Below are positions 38,594 through 48,201 of a stretch of DNA of 64,000 nt, one piece after another. The DNA comes from Gammaproteobacteria bacterium (lineage in GTDB: Bacteria; Pseudomonadota; Gammaproteobacteria; Steroidobacterales; Foliamicaceae). The DNA lies in assembly GCA_026707445.1 (NCBI GenBank), contig JAPOWV010000021.1, positions 22,039 through 86,038 of the forward strand, written 5' to 3'. How positions within the stretch are numbered: position 1 is the first letter of the stretch; every line of letters begins with the position of its first letter. Below the pieces are notes generated by a model, which was not told where the DNA came from, ran no database searches, and saw nothing but the letters and a program-made list of their open reading frames with translations. A program made the position numbers and the translations under genes.

Positions 38594-40075
38594 ATGGCCG
38601 TTGCGGTTGGGATTGATCTCGGCACCCAGAGCGTCAAGGTTGTCTGCTACGACTTCGTGAATCGGCGCGTGGCCGGAAGCGCCAGCGCGTCCCTCGATCT
38701 TCGCCAGGACGGCGAAGGTGTGGCCGAACAGCATGCGGAGTGGTGGCTGGACGCGTTGCGCGAGGCGTCCCTGCGAGTCGATCCCGCCGTTCGCGGGAGG
38801 GCGGCGGCCGTCGCGGTTTCGGGCCAGCAGCACGGCTTTGTGGCGCTGGACGCAACAGACGCAGTGCTGGCTCCCGTGAAACTTTGGTGCGACACGTCCA
38901 CGGCGGTGGAATGCGAGGAGATCATGCTGGCTTTCGGCGGCCGCGAAGCCTGCATCGAGCGGGCCGGCAATCCGATTGCGCCGGGCTACACCGCATCCAA
39001 ACTGCGTTGGCTGAAGAAGGCCAGCCCCCACCTGTATGACCGACTCGACTGCATTCTGTTGCCCCACGACTACCTGAACCTGTATTTGACCGGCGAACGC
39101 TGCATGGAAATGGGCGACGCTTCGGGGACCGGCTTTCTCGATGTCCGCCGCAGGGATTGGTCCCGGGACATGCTGCGCGCCATCGATGCGGACCGGGACT
39201 TGAGCGACTGCCTTCCGTCCCTGCGCATCGGCAACGAAGCCATCGGCACGCTCCGGACGGAGATTGCCGAAGAGCTGGGCCTGCCCGCCGGGATTCCGGT
39301 GGCGATCGGCGGCGGCGACAACATGATGGGTGCGATCGGCACCGGCAACGTGCGCCCGGGCAGTCTGACGATGAGCCTTGGCACCTCGGGCACCGTGTAT
39401 GCCTATGCCGACCGGCCCGTTGTCGATCCCGAAGGCAATATCGCCGCTTTTTGTTCTTCAACCGGAGGCTGGCTGCCGCTGTTGTGCACGATGAACTGCA
39501 CGGTCAGCACCGAGCTGATGCGCTCGCTGCTCAACGACGATATTTCCGCTTTTGAGGAACGGGTGGCTGCTGCCGGGCCGGGCGCCGGCGGCGTCATTAC
39601 GCTGCCCTTCTTCAACGGCGAGCGAACGCCCGACCTGCCGGATGCCAAGGGCTGCATCGTGGGAATCGACAGCCGCAACGCCCGGCCCGAGAACCTGCTG
39701 CGGTCCTCCGTCGAAGGCGCCACCTTTGCGCTGAAATTCGGTATCGACGAACTGGCGGGCCTGGGCGTCGATATCGGAGAGATCGTGCTGACCGGCGGCG
39801 GGGCAAGAAGCGCCGGGTGGCGGCAGATTGTTGCCGATATCTGCGAAGCACCGGTCGTGGTGCTCAGGCAGGATGAAAGCGCGGCCTTCGGGGCGGCGCT
39901 CCAGGCGATGCAGCTCATCGAAACGGGCGCATCGATCGAGGATCTCGTCGATGCCCATCTGGAAAAGGACGACAACCGCAGTTGCGAACCGCGCAGCGCG
40001 GCCGTGAATACTTACAGGGAGTGCTACCGCGAATACAGGCGCGCGGTTGCGGCCATGACCGCGATCTACGCCTAG
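38594..40075 (+). CDS. xylB: Xylulokinase
   Basis: [49 protein letters not shown]; adjacent to xylA. Confidence 0.93.
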   Translation: MAVAVGIDLGTQSVKVVCYDFVNRRVAGSASASLDLRQDGEGVAEQHAEWWLDALREASLRVDPAVRGRAAAVAVSGQQHGFVALDATDAVLAPVKLWCDTSTAVECEEIMLAFGGREACIERAGNPIAPGYTASKLRWLKKASPHLYDRLDCILLPHDYLNLYLTGERCMEMGDASGTGFLDVRRRDWSRDMLRAIDADRDLSDCLPSLRIGNEAIGTLRTEIAEELGLPAGIPVAIGGGDNMMGAIGTGNVRPGSLTMSLGTSGTVYAYADRPVVDPEGNIAAFCSSTGGWLPLLCTMNCTVSTELMRSLLNDDISAFEERVAAAGPGAGGVITLPFFNGERTPDLPDAKGCIVGIDSRNARPENLLRSSVEGATFALKFGIDELAGLGVDIGEIVLTGGGARSAGWRQIVADICEAPVVVLRQDESAAFGAALQAMQLIETGASIEDLVDAHLEKDDNRSCEPRSAAVNTYRECYREYRRAVAAMTAIYA

Positions 40076-40100
40076 GAGGCCAGGCAAAGGGGGCAAGAAC

Positions 40101-41447
40101 ATGAACCGCAGCGTCTTTATCGGCGATCGGGAATATTTCCCGGGTATCGCCAGGATCCAATACGAAGGCCCTGCATCGGACAACCCGCTGGCGTTCAAGA
40201 CCTACGATCCATCCCGGTTAGTGGGCGGCAAGACCATGGAAGAGCACCTGCGCTTCGCGGTCTGCTATTGGCATACCTTCTGCGCCACCGGGGGAGACCC
40301 GTTCGGACCGGGCACGCAGATCCATCCCTGGGCGGAAAAGGGAGACCCGATGGATCGTTCGCGCGAAAGGGTGGACGCGGCGTTCGAGTTCTTTACCAAG
40401 CTCAACGTGCCGTTCTGGTGTTTTCACGACTTCGACCTGGCTTTCGAAGGCGCCGGCGTCGCCGACTCCGAGAAAAACCTCGAGCAGATGGTGGGTCTGG
40501 CCAGGGAGCGGCAGGACGCGACCGGCATGAAGCTGCTATGGGGCACGGCGAACGTGTTTTCGCATCCGCGCTATATGAACGGCGCATCCACAAATCCGGA
40601 CTTCGCCGTCGTCGCCTATGCCGCCTCGCAGGTAAAGGCCGCGATCGACGCCACCGTGGAACTCGGAGGAGAGAATTACGTGTTCTGGGGCGGGCGCGAA
40701 GGCTATGCGTGCCTGCAGAACACCGATACCAGGAGGGAACTCGAACACATGGCGATGTTCTTGTCCAAGGCGCGCGATTACGGCCGGTCGGTGGGGTTCA
40801 GGGGCACGTTCCTGGTCGAACCCAAGCCCATGGAACCGATGAAACACCAGTACGACTTCGATGCCCTCACGGTGATCGGCTTCTTGCGCCAGCACGGACT
40901 CGCCGGCGACTTCAAGCTCAATGTCGAGGCCAACCATGCGACGCTGGCGGGGCACGCGTTCGCGCACGACCTGCGTATGGCCGCCGATGCGGGCCTGCTG
41001 GGCTCGATAGACGCGAACCGGGGCGATCCGCAAAACGGATGGGACACGGACCAGTTCGCTATGGACCTGTACGACTGCGTGCACGCCATGATGGTGGTGC
41101 TCGAATACGGAGGGCTCGGCAACGGTGGCCTCAATTTCGACGCCAGGGTCCGCCGCGAATCCACCGACCTCGAAGACTTGTTCATCGGGCATATCGGCGC
41201 CATGGATGCGTTCGCCCGGGGACTGCTGGTTGCCGACAGGGTCCTGGCGGACCCACGGATGTCCGAGCTTCGCTACGGCCGCTACCGGAGTTTCGACTCG
41301 GGCGACGGCAAACGCTTCGAGGACGGCGAGTTGTCGCTGGGCGATCTGCGCGATATCGCCGCGGCGAACGGAGAGCCCCGTCAGCGCAGCGGCAAGCAGG
41401 AACTCGTCGAGAACCTGATCAACGACTGCATCGTGACCGCCTGCTGA
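40101..41447 (+). CDS. xylA: Xylose isomerase (class II)
   Basis: [67 protein letters not shown]. Confidence 0.97.
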   Translation: MNRSVFIGDREYFPGIARIQYEGPASDNPLAFKTYDPSRLVGGKTMEEHLRFAVCYWHTFCATGGDPFGPGTQIHPWAEKGDPMDRSRERVDAAFEFFTKLNVPFWCFHDFDLAFEGAGVADSEKNLEQMVGLARERQDATGMKLLWGTANVFSHPRYMNGASTNPDFAVVAYAASQVKAAIDATVELGGENYVFWGGREGYACLQNTDTRRELEHMAMFLSKARDYGRSVGFRGTFLVEPKPMEPMKHQYDFDALTVIGFLRQHGLAGDFKLNVEANHATLAGHAFAHDLRMAADAGLLGSIDANRGDPQNGWDTDQFAMDLYDCVHAMMVVLEYGGLGNGGLNFDARVRRESTDLEDLFIGHIGAMDAFARGLLVADRVLADPRMSELRYGRYRSFDSGDGKRFEDGELSLGDLRDIAAANGEPRQRSGKQELVENLINDCIVTAC

Positions 41448-41460
41448 CCGACGTCGCGCA

Positions 41461-41475
41461 GCGTTAACAAGCTCT
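41461..41475. repeat. Dispersed 15-bp motif, copy C
   Basis: GCGTTAACAAGCTCT(AG) at the convergent xylA/SDR junction. Confidence 0.5.
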
Positions 41476-42250
41476 AGTTGTTGAGCGTGATGAAGCCGCC
41501 GTCGATGGGGATGTTGGCGCCGGTGATGAAGGAGGCGTCGTCGGAACAGAGATAGGCGATCAGCACGGCGATTTCCTCCGGCGTGCCCATGCGCCCGATC
41601 GGCTGGCTCTTTTCCAGTTGCGCGAAGATCTCGTCGCGGTTGTCCGGATAGTTTTCGTCCAGGAAATTGTCCACGAACGGCGTGTGGACCCGCGCGGGGG
41701 CGACGCAGTTGCAGCGGATACCGTGGTCGATGTAATCCCTGGCTACGGAGTAGGTCATGGTCAGCACAGCTCCCTTGGTCATGGAGTAGGCGAAACGGTC
41801 GGCGATGCCCACGCAGGAGGCGATCGAAGCCAGGTTCACGATGACGCCGCTGCGGCGCGCCTTCATCGCGGGAACAATCGCGGCCAGACAGTTGTAGATT
41901 CCTTTCACGTTGATGCTGTAGAGCCGGTCGAGGTCCGCCTCGCTGGTGTTTTCCAGGTTCCCGACGTGCGCGATCCCTGCGTTGTTGATCAGGATATCGA
42001 TCTGTGAATCGTCGAGAATGGCCGCCAACACGTCCGCCACCTCGTTGTGGTCCGCAACATCGCACTTGTGAGCAGCGGCACTGCCGCCGGCCCGGGCGAT
42101 TTCATCCACTGTCTGCCTGGCGGCGTCAGGGTCAATATCCAGCACCACTACGTGGGCGCCGTCAGCGGCGAGCCGGGCCGAGACGCACCTGCCGATTCCG
42201 CTGCCGCCGCCGGTCACGACCGCAGTCCGGTTTTCCAGTTTCCTCGTCAT
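41474..42250 (-). CDS. SDR, likely 2-keto-3-deoxy-L-fuconate dehydrogenase
   Basis: TGGGSGIG, NNAGIAHVG, DRFAYSMTKGAV, PARVHTPFV, QPIGRMG; in operon with fuconate dehydratase. Confidence 0.85.
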   Translation of the reverse strand: MTRKLENRTAVVTGGGSGIGRCVSARLAADGAHVVVLDIDPDAARQTVDEIARAGGSAAAHKCDVADHNEVADVLAAILDDSQIDILINNAGIAHVGNLENTSEADLDRLYSINVKGIYNCLAAIVPAMKARRSGVIVNLASIASCVGIADRFAYSMTKGAVLTMTYSVARDYIDHGIRCNCVAPARVHTPFVDNFLDENYPDNRDEIFAQLEKSQPIGRMGTPEEIAVLIAYLCSDDASFITGANIPIDGGFITLNN

Positions 42251-42272
42251 ATCAGCGATCCTTCATGCCGTG

Positions 42273-43316
42273 TCATGGTTCCTGTCCGTCCGTATGCGCT
42301 CCGGAAACGGGCGCGTCCGCGCGTAGCAATTCCCGTTCGACCAGTGCCGACCAGAAATTGTCGGGAATCCTCGTGTTGAACAGCGCCAGCGTCTGTTCGA
42401 TTCGTTCCGGTTTGCCGATGCCGGGAATCACCGAGGCCACCGCAGGATGGGCCAGCGGGAACTGCAGCGCGGCCGCGGCCATCGGGATCCCGAACTCCTC
42501 GCAAGTGTCCTCGATCTTCGCGACTTTCTCCACCACCCAGCTTGGGGCCGCTTCGTAGTTGTAGTACAGGCGACCCTTGCCGCGAACGCCGGTTGCGAGG
42601 ATCCCCGAGTTATAGGCGCCGCCGATGACGATCGAGCAATTGCGCTCCAGGCACTTGGGCAGAAACGTGTTCAGCGCCTCCTGCTCGAGCAGCGTGTAAC
42701 GGCCGGCCAGCAGAAAACAGTCCCAGTCGCCGTGGTCCAGTGCGGCTTCGCATACCTCATATTCATTTACCCCCAGGCCGATTGCCGTGACGGCGCCGGC
42801 GCCGCGCAACCCGTCCATGGCGCGGTACCCGCCGTCCATTGCGATCGGAAACAGCTCGTCGTTTCTCGCGCCGTGGGTCACTGCGCCGATATCGTGCATG
42901 TAGAGAATGTCGATGCGGTCCAGACCCAGACGCTGCACGCTGTCCTCGTATGACCGCATTATCCCGTCGTAGCTGTAGTCGTAGAAGATGTCGAACGGCA
43001 TGGGCGACATGAAGGCGTGGCGTTCCTCGGCATAACCAGCGGGTTTCAGCAGCCGCCCCACCTTGGTGGAAAGCACATACTCCCGGCCCCGGAACCTGCG
43101 CAGTGCGTCACCCACCCTGCGCTCGCTCAGCCCCTGCCCGTAGTGCGGGGCCGTATCGTAGTAGCGGAATCCACGCGACCAGGCGGAGTCGAGAATCTGC
43201 CTGGCGTCAGCATCCGAAACCGGGTGATAGAGATTGCCGAGCGAGGCGCAGCCGAAGCCCAGCGTATTCACGGCAAGGCTCGAGCCGCCCACGCGCCGCT
43301 TCTCGAGTGCAGCCAT
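42273..43316 (-). CDS. Aldo/keto reductase, likely L-fucose (D-threo-aldose) 1-dehydrogenase
   Basis: GFGCASLGNLY, YDTAPHYGQGLSERRVG, LSTKVGRLL, DYSYDG, LLAGRYTLLEQ, YNSGILA; start overlaps upstream stop (TGATG). Confidence 0.88.
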   Translation of the reverse strand: MAALEKRRVGGSSLAVNTLGFGCASLGNLYHPVSDADARQILDSAWSRGFRYYDTAPHYGQGLSERRVGDALRRFRGREYVLSTKVGRLLKPAGYAEERHAFMSPMPFDIFYDYSYDGIMRSYEDSVQRLGLDRIDILYMHDIGAVTHGARNDELFPIAMDGGYRAMDGLRGAGAVTAIGLGVNEYEVCEAALDHGDWDCFLLAGRYTLLEQEALNTFLPKCLERNCSIVIGGAYNSGILATGVRGKGRLYYNYEAAPSWVVEKVAKIEDTCEEFGIPMAAAALQFPLAHPAVASVIPGIGKPERIEQTLALFNTRIPDNFWSALVERELLRADAPVSGAHTDGQEP

Positions 43317-44632
43317 CACCCACCTGTGCGCCCAACGCGTGCACGCCACTGGGAGCCGCCGGGATACTCGAAGTCCGCTACGGATTGCTCGCGCATTCTT
43401 ACGCTGAAGCCGGGCGCGGTGGGCGCCAGATAAGCGCCCTTTCGGACCACGCAGGGGTCCTCAAAGTGCTCGTGGAGATGATCTGCAAACTCGATGACTC
43501 GTTCGCCGATATCTCCGGAAATCATGACGTAGTCGATCATCGATAGGTGCTGCACATACTCGCACAGACCAACACCGCCCGCGTGAGGGCACACGGGCTT
43601 GCCGAACTTTGCGGCGAGCAGAAATACGGTAAGTATTTCGTTGAGCCCGGCCAGGCGGCATGCGTCGATCTGGACCACGTCGATTGCGTCGCTGGCGATG
43701 AACTGTTTGAAGAGGATGCGGTTGGCGCAATGTTCGCCCGTGGCTACCCTGATTTCTCCGATGCCCTCCTTGATCTTCCTGTGGCCCATGATGTCGTCGG
43801 GACTGGTCGGTTCCTCGATGAACCATGGTTTGTAGGGAGCCAGACGCCGCATCCACTCAATCGCTTCATTCACTTCCCAGGCCTGGTTGGCGTCCACCAT
43901 GAGGATGACGTCGTTACCAACAGTTTCCCGGATGTTCCTCAAGCGGCGAATATCGTCGTCAACATTTGCTCCGACTTTCAGCTTGATATGGCGGAATCCC
44001 TTCTGTACGGCTTCCCTGCATAACCTCCGGATTTTCTCGTCGTCGTAGCCCAGCCAGCCGGCCGACATCGTGTAGGCGGGGTAGCCGTGTTCCTCGAGAT
44101 GGCGGATTCGCCGGTCTCGCGTTGCGATGTTCCTTTCGACGATCGCCAGGGCCTCGTCGCGTGTCAGCACGTCCTCGACGTATCGCAGGTCCGCGCAGTT
44201 CACGAACTCCTCCGGGTCCATTTTCGACAGCAGGCGCCACACCGGCTTGCCCTCGGCGCGGCCCCACATGTCCCACACGGCGTTCACGATTGCGCCGGCG
44301 GCCATGTGAACAATGCCTTTCTCCGGTCCGAGCCAGCGGATCTGGCTGTCGGAACGAAGTTCGTTGTAGTATCCGCCGATATCGGTCCGGATATCGTCGA
44401 AGTCCTTTCCGATGACCAGGTGGCTCATCGCCTCGACGGTCTTGCAGCAAATATCGTTGCCTCGGCCGATGGTGAAGATCAGGCCGAACCCCCGATCGCC
44501 CTTTTCTGTCTCCAGCGTGATGTACGCAGCGGAGTAGTCCGGATCCTTGTTTGTTGCGTCCGATCCGTCCAGGTGATCGGACGTGGGGAAACGCACGTCA
44601 CGAGCGGACAAGCGGACAATTCTGTTGGTCAT
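43316..44632 (-). CDS. fucD: L-fuconate dehydratase (enolase superfamily)
   Basis: DVRFPTS..LDGSDA.N.DPDYSAAY, FTIGRGN, RWLGPEKG, KLKVG, DANQ, IEEPTSPDD, ATGEH, CPHAGGVGLCE. Confidence 0.92.
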   Translation of the reverse strand: MTNRIVRLSARDVRFPTSDHLDGSDATNKDPDYSAAYITLETEKGDRGFGLIFTIGRGNDICCKTVEAMSHLVIGKDFDDIRTDIGGYYNELRSDSQIRWLGPEKGIVHMAAGAIVNAVWDMWGRAEGKPVWRLLSKMDPEEFVNCADLRYVEDVLTRDEALAIVERNIATRDRRIRHLEEHGYPAYTMSAGWLGYDDEKIRRLCREAVQKGFRHIKLKVGANVDDDIRRLRNIRETVGNDVILMVDANQAWEVNEAIEWMRRLAPYKPWFIEEPTSPDDIMGHRKIKEGIGEIRVATGEHCANRILFKQFIASDAIDVVQIDACRLAGLNEILTVFLLAAKFGKPVCPHAGGVGLCEYVQHLSMIDYVMISGDIGERVIEFADHLHEHFEDPCVVRKGAYLAPTAPGFSVRMREQSVADFEYPGGSQWRARVGRTGG

Positions 44633-44744
44633 GTTCAGTCCTTTGCCAAGTGCCTGCATATGAAACTATTCGAGAAATGGCGATAAATCAACGGGCAGGC
44701 CGCTCAAAGTCCGGCTGTGCTTCGCCGAGGCTATACTGAGATGC

Positions 44745-45677
44745 ATGAGTACCTTGAACCGACACATGGTCTGTGCGCTTGCTGCATTCGTGTTGGCCGT
44801 TGCGGGGTGCGGCGGTGCGGACGATGCCGAAAGGGACGAATCACGATCGGCCGCGGACGATCGGCGCGCGGCGGTGGTTTCCGAATTCGAACGCGCCCTT
44901 GACGAGGCGCGGTATCTCCGTGACGACATCGCCGCCTTGCGCGAGGACATGCGGGCCGTGCGCGACACCGCGAACGAGGAAGTCCGGCGCGCTTCCCGAG
45001 ACGCGTCCGTTCTGCGCGACGAAATCGCCGCCATTCGGCTTGAGATGCAGCAGTTGAGCGACGCCGCCGCTTCCGAGGCCGAACGCAGCGCCGAGGAAGC
45101 CAGGACGCTGCGCGACGAGATCGCCGCGCTTCGCGACGAGCTGATTTCCGCACGCGAGGCAGCCGAATCGGCGGAAGGCGATTCGGGAGACTTCTCCGTT
45201 GCGCTGAGCGAAGCGGACGAATATCCCGATCCCATCGTTTACGACGACGAAATCGGCAGCGGGACTTATTCGCCGCAAAGGCGGGCCGGAAACGCAGTCA
45301 GGGTGATCTACGGACCGACGTACCGCCAGCGGCCTTTGGCGGCGCCGCGCCGCGGCTACGGTCGCGATCCGCGGCGCTCAAGTCGCTCTCGAGATGTGAA
45401 GCGGCAGGTTTCGAACGTGACACGCACTAAGCCGGCTGCGCGAACCAGGCCACACGTGTCGCCTGCCAAAGCGGTTGCGCCGAGAGCGCCGGGGGTTACG
45501 GACACGAGGCCACAGGCGCCGAGCACGCGGCCCATGGCCCCGGCAGCACGACCCGCCGCACCAATTTCTCGGCCCGCCGCGCCTGCACCACGACCGGCAG
45601 CGCCGGCTCCAAGACCGGCACCCAGGCCTGTGCCGGTTCCGCAGAAGCCGGTCCACGTCCCGATACCGGAAAGATAA
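44745..45677 (+). CDS. Hypothetical lipoprotein with coiled-coil repeats and Pro/Ala-rich tail
   Basis: Lipobox VAGC; three xAxxLRD[DE]IAA[LI]R repeats; C-terminal RPAAPAP repeats. Confidence 0.7.
   Translation: MSTLNRHMVCALAAFVLAVAGCGGADDAERDESRSAADDRRAAVVSEFERALDEARYLRDDIAALREDMRAVRDTANEEVRRASRDASVLRDEIAAIRLEMQQLSDAAASEAERSAEEARTLRDEIAALRDELISAREAAESAEGDSGDFSVALSEADEYPDPIVYDDEIGSGTYSPQRRAGNAVRVIYGPTYRQRPLAAPRRGYGRDPRRSSRSRDVKRQVSNVTRTKPAARTRPHVSPAKAVAPRAPGVTDTRPQAPSTRPMAPAARPAAPISRPAAPAPRPAAPAPRPAPRPVPVPQKPVHVPIPER
45503..45629 (+). repeat. Degenerate 21-bp (7-aa) tandem repeat inside the lipoprotein
   Basis: RPQAPST-RPMAPAA-RPAAPIS-RPAAPAP-RPAAPAP-RPAP. Confidence 0.7.
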
Positions 45678-45847
45678 GGCGACAATCTTCGCCTGTTCGA
45701 CTTCTCTCGCGTCCCCGGGGATGAGGGAGCAGCCAAACGGCGGCGATTTCCCGAACACTCGGCGGCGGCACTTTCTTCAATCGATTAGGCGTCAAAAATG
45801 CTCGCCTTTTGCCTGAATCGCATTAGTTTGTGCGAATGTTTGCAGTT

Positions 45848-45866
45848 TGATAGCATATTGCAGTCA
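45848..45866. promoter_or_regulatory. Autoregulatory operator candidate of the TA operon
   Basis: TGATAGCA-TAT-TGCAGTCA imperfect palindrome just upstream of the antitoxin RBS. Confidence 0.55.
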
Positions 45867-45881
45867 TTTTGGAGTTCTGCA

Positions 45882-46118
45882 ATGGGCACACTAACCATTC
45901 GCAACCTGGACGACCGGGTAATCGAGACATTGAAGGCGCAGGCGAAGGCAAATCACCGCTCCCTCGAAGGAGAAATCCGCCACGCGTTGACACAGTACGC
46001 GGACCCCCTCGGGCGCATTGCGGAATTTCGTGACCGAACGCGTCATCTCCAGTCGCTGACCGTGGAACGCAAACAGACAGACAGCGTTGAACTCCTTCGC
46101 GAGGACCGCAATCGTTGA
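45882..46118 (+). CDS. FitA-like ribbon-helix-helix antitoxin
   Basis: MGTLTIRNLDD..LKAQAKANHRSLEGEIRHAL...DSVELLREDR; GGAG RBS. Confidence 0.9.
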   Translation: MGTLTIRNLDDRVIETLKAQAKANHRSLEGEIRHALTQYADPLGRIAEFRDRTRHLQSLTVERKQTDSVELLREDRNR

Positions 46119-46573
46119 GAATCACCCTCGATGCCAGCATCGTCATCAAGTGGTTTGTCGTGGAACCGTCGTCTCAAGAATCACGGCTCCTGCTGACACG
46201 GCAATGGGAGCTTCAATCTCCGGATATATTGCTGCCGGAATTTGCCAACACCATCTGGAAGAAAGCAAGACGGGGTGAAATCGCTGATCCGCAGCCTTTC
46301 CTCAATGAATTGCGCTGCCTGTCCAGACTGATTGCGCTCCATCCTTCGGAAGTGCTAATTGAAAGGGCATCGTACCTGGCCATCAAAATGGACCATCCGG
46401 TTTACGACTGCCTCTACCTTGCGTGTGCCGAGGTCTCCGGCACCCCCTTGGTGACCGCCGACAAACGCCTGGTGGCCAGGGCGGATGAAAGCAAATTGGG
46501 CCTTGAGGTTCGCAACATCGGCACCCCGTCCACGGTGCGCTGGATCAAGGACGCGATTCCCGCCTCCGGATAG
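46115..46573 (+). CDS. vapC: VapC/FitB PIN-domain toxin
   Basis: LDASIVIKW, EFANTIWK, VYDCLYLACA, LVTAD; 4-bp overlap with antitoxin. Confidence 0.9.
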   Translation: MRITLDASIVIKWFVVEPSSQESRLLLTRQWELQSPDILLPEFANTIWKKARRGEIADPQPFLNELRCLSRLIALHPSEVLIERASYLAIKMDHPVYDCLYLACAEVSGTPLVTADKRLVARADESKLGLEVRNIGTPSTVRWIKDAIPASG

Positions 46574-46586
46574 CCCGGAACCGCTG

Positions 46587-47336
46587 CTACAGGTTCAATT
46601 GCTTTCCGGTTGTGTAACCGCCATCCACGTAAATATTCTGACCCGTGATGTAGCTCGCCGCGTCCGAGCACAGGAAGGCAACCGTCTCGGCAATTTCATC
46701 CGGTGTCCCGGCGCGCTTCATCGGATGCGCCTTCAGCGACGCATCCAGCAGCTTTTCCCTGCCTGGCTCGTTCAGGTGCGAGGACATCGGGGTGGTCACC
46801 AGACCCGGGCAAACGCAATTCGCCCGAATGTTGTCGCTTGCGTAATCGACGGCGATGCACCGGGTCAATTGCGCCACTCCCGCCTTGCTCGCCGCATAGG
46901 CGCTCATTCTTTCGGGCGCCAGGCGTCCATACACGCTGCCGATGGTGACTATGGTCCCGCCCCCGTGTTTCCGCATGTGAGGAATGACGGCGCGAGCCAC
47001 AAGGAAGGCTGACGTCAGGTTGACCTGCAGGACGTTGGACCAGCTTTGCGAATCCAGTTCCGTCACGGTGCCGTATTGACCGATGCCGGCGCAATGAACG
47101 AGCGCATCCAGCCCTCCTGAGGGGATGCCAAAGCCCTGCACGGCCTTTTGCGTCACTTCCTCGTCGCGTACGTCCGCCTGCTCGAAGCAGTCAAAGAGCG
47201 ATGGATCGGGACTTGCGTTGAGGTCCATGCCCAGCACAGCGTATCCATCCCGATGAAATCTCCGCGCGCAGGCAAGGCCTATTCCCGACGCAGCGCCGGT
47301 AATCAGTACGCGCTTTCGCTTACTCATAGGCTGCAC
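46587..47336 (-). CDS. SDR family oxidoreductase
   Basis: [30 protein letters not shown]. Confidence 0.9.
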   Translation of the reverse strand: MQPMSKRKRVLITGAASGIGLACARRFHRDGYAVLGMDLNASPDPSLFDCFEQADVRDEEVTQKAVQGFGIPSGGLDALVHCAGIGQYGTVTELDSQSWSNVLQVNLTSAFLVARAVIPHMRKHGGGTIVTIGSVYGRLAPERMSAYAASKAGVAQLTRCIAVDYASDNIRANCVCPGLVTTPMSSHLNEPGREKLLDASLKAHPMKRAGTPDEIAETVAFLCSDAASYITGQNIYVDGGYTTGKQLNL

Positions 47337-47349
47337 ATGTAAGGCCGCT

Positions 47350-48180
47350 TCAGACGCCGTAGAACCGGGTAGCGGTGCCGCCCAGCACTTGCGCCCGGTC
47401 CGCTTCGTCCAGACTGTTCAGAAAGCGCGCGGCAATCGCAAACCAGCCGGGGTAGGCGCCGGCCAGCAGAAGCACCGGCCAGTCGCTGCCCCACATAAGC
47501 CGTTCCGGCCCGAACGTGGTGAGCAGGTGCTCCATGTAGGGGAGCAGGTCGTCGTAGCCCTGGTCCGGGCTCGCTTCGGTCAGCAGGCCGGACAGCTTGC
47601 AGTACGCGCCGGTTCGCTCGGCCAGCTCGGACATCCGTTCCGCCCACGGCTGCCACAGGCCCTCGGCAATGACCGGCTTGGCGCCGTGGTCGATCACGGT
47701 CTTGAGGTCCGGATGGCGTTGCAGGAATTCGAGCAGGTAGGGCAGGTGCTGGGGCCGGACCAGTGCGTCGAAGCACAGGCCGGCGTCGATAACGGCTTCG
47801 GTCGCCGGGGCGAGGTCCGGGCGCGTGATCCAGGCTTCGTCCTCGATGTTGTGGATCATCGGCCGGATGCCGACCAGCTTCGGGTGCCGCGCGAGATCCG
47901 CCAGCACCGTTGCCGCGTCAGGGCTTTCCATGTCGATCCAGCCCACGACGCCCGCAACCAGGTCGGTTCGGCCGGCCAGTTCCAGCAGGAAGCGCGTTTC
48001 CGCGACGGTCGGCGCGGCCTGGACCAGGATGGTCCTGTCTATTCCTGCGTCCTGCAGCATCGGGGCGAGGTCGCCGGGCCCATAGTCCCGGTACAGCGGC
48101 TCGAGCGCCGGCGTCAGCCAGCCGTAGTCGTTGCGTTCGACCTTCCAGAAGTGCTGGTGGGCGTCGATTCGAAGTGGCAC
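47350..48180 (-). CDS. Amidohydrolase_2 family, likely L-fucono-1,5-lactonase
   Basis: [50 protein letters not shown]. Confidence 0.9.
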   Translation of the reverse strand: MPLRIDAHQHFWKVERNDYGWLTPALEPLYRDYGPGDLAPMLQDAGIDRTILVQAAPTVAETRFLLELAGRTDLVAGVVGWIDMESPDAATVLADLARHPKLVGIRPMIHNIEDEAWITRPDLAPATEAVIDAGLCFDALVRPQHLPYLLEFLQRHPDLKTVIDHGAKPVIAEGLWQPWAERMSELAERTGAYCKLSGLLTEASPDQGYDDLLPYMEHLLTTFGPERLMWGSDWPVLLLAGAYPGWFAIAARFLNSLDEADRAQVLGGTATRFYGV

Positions 48181-48201
48181 TGGCGTGGATTTCCGGCCTG
48201 G

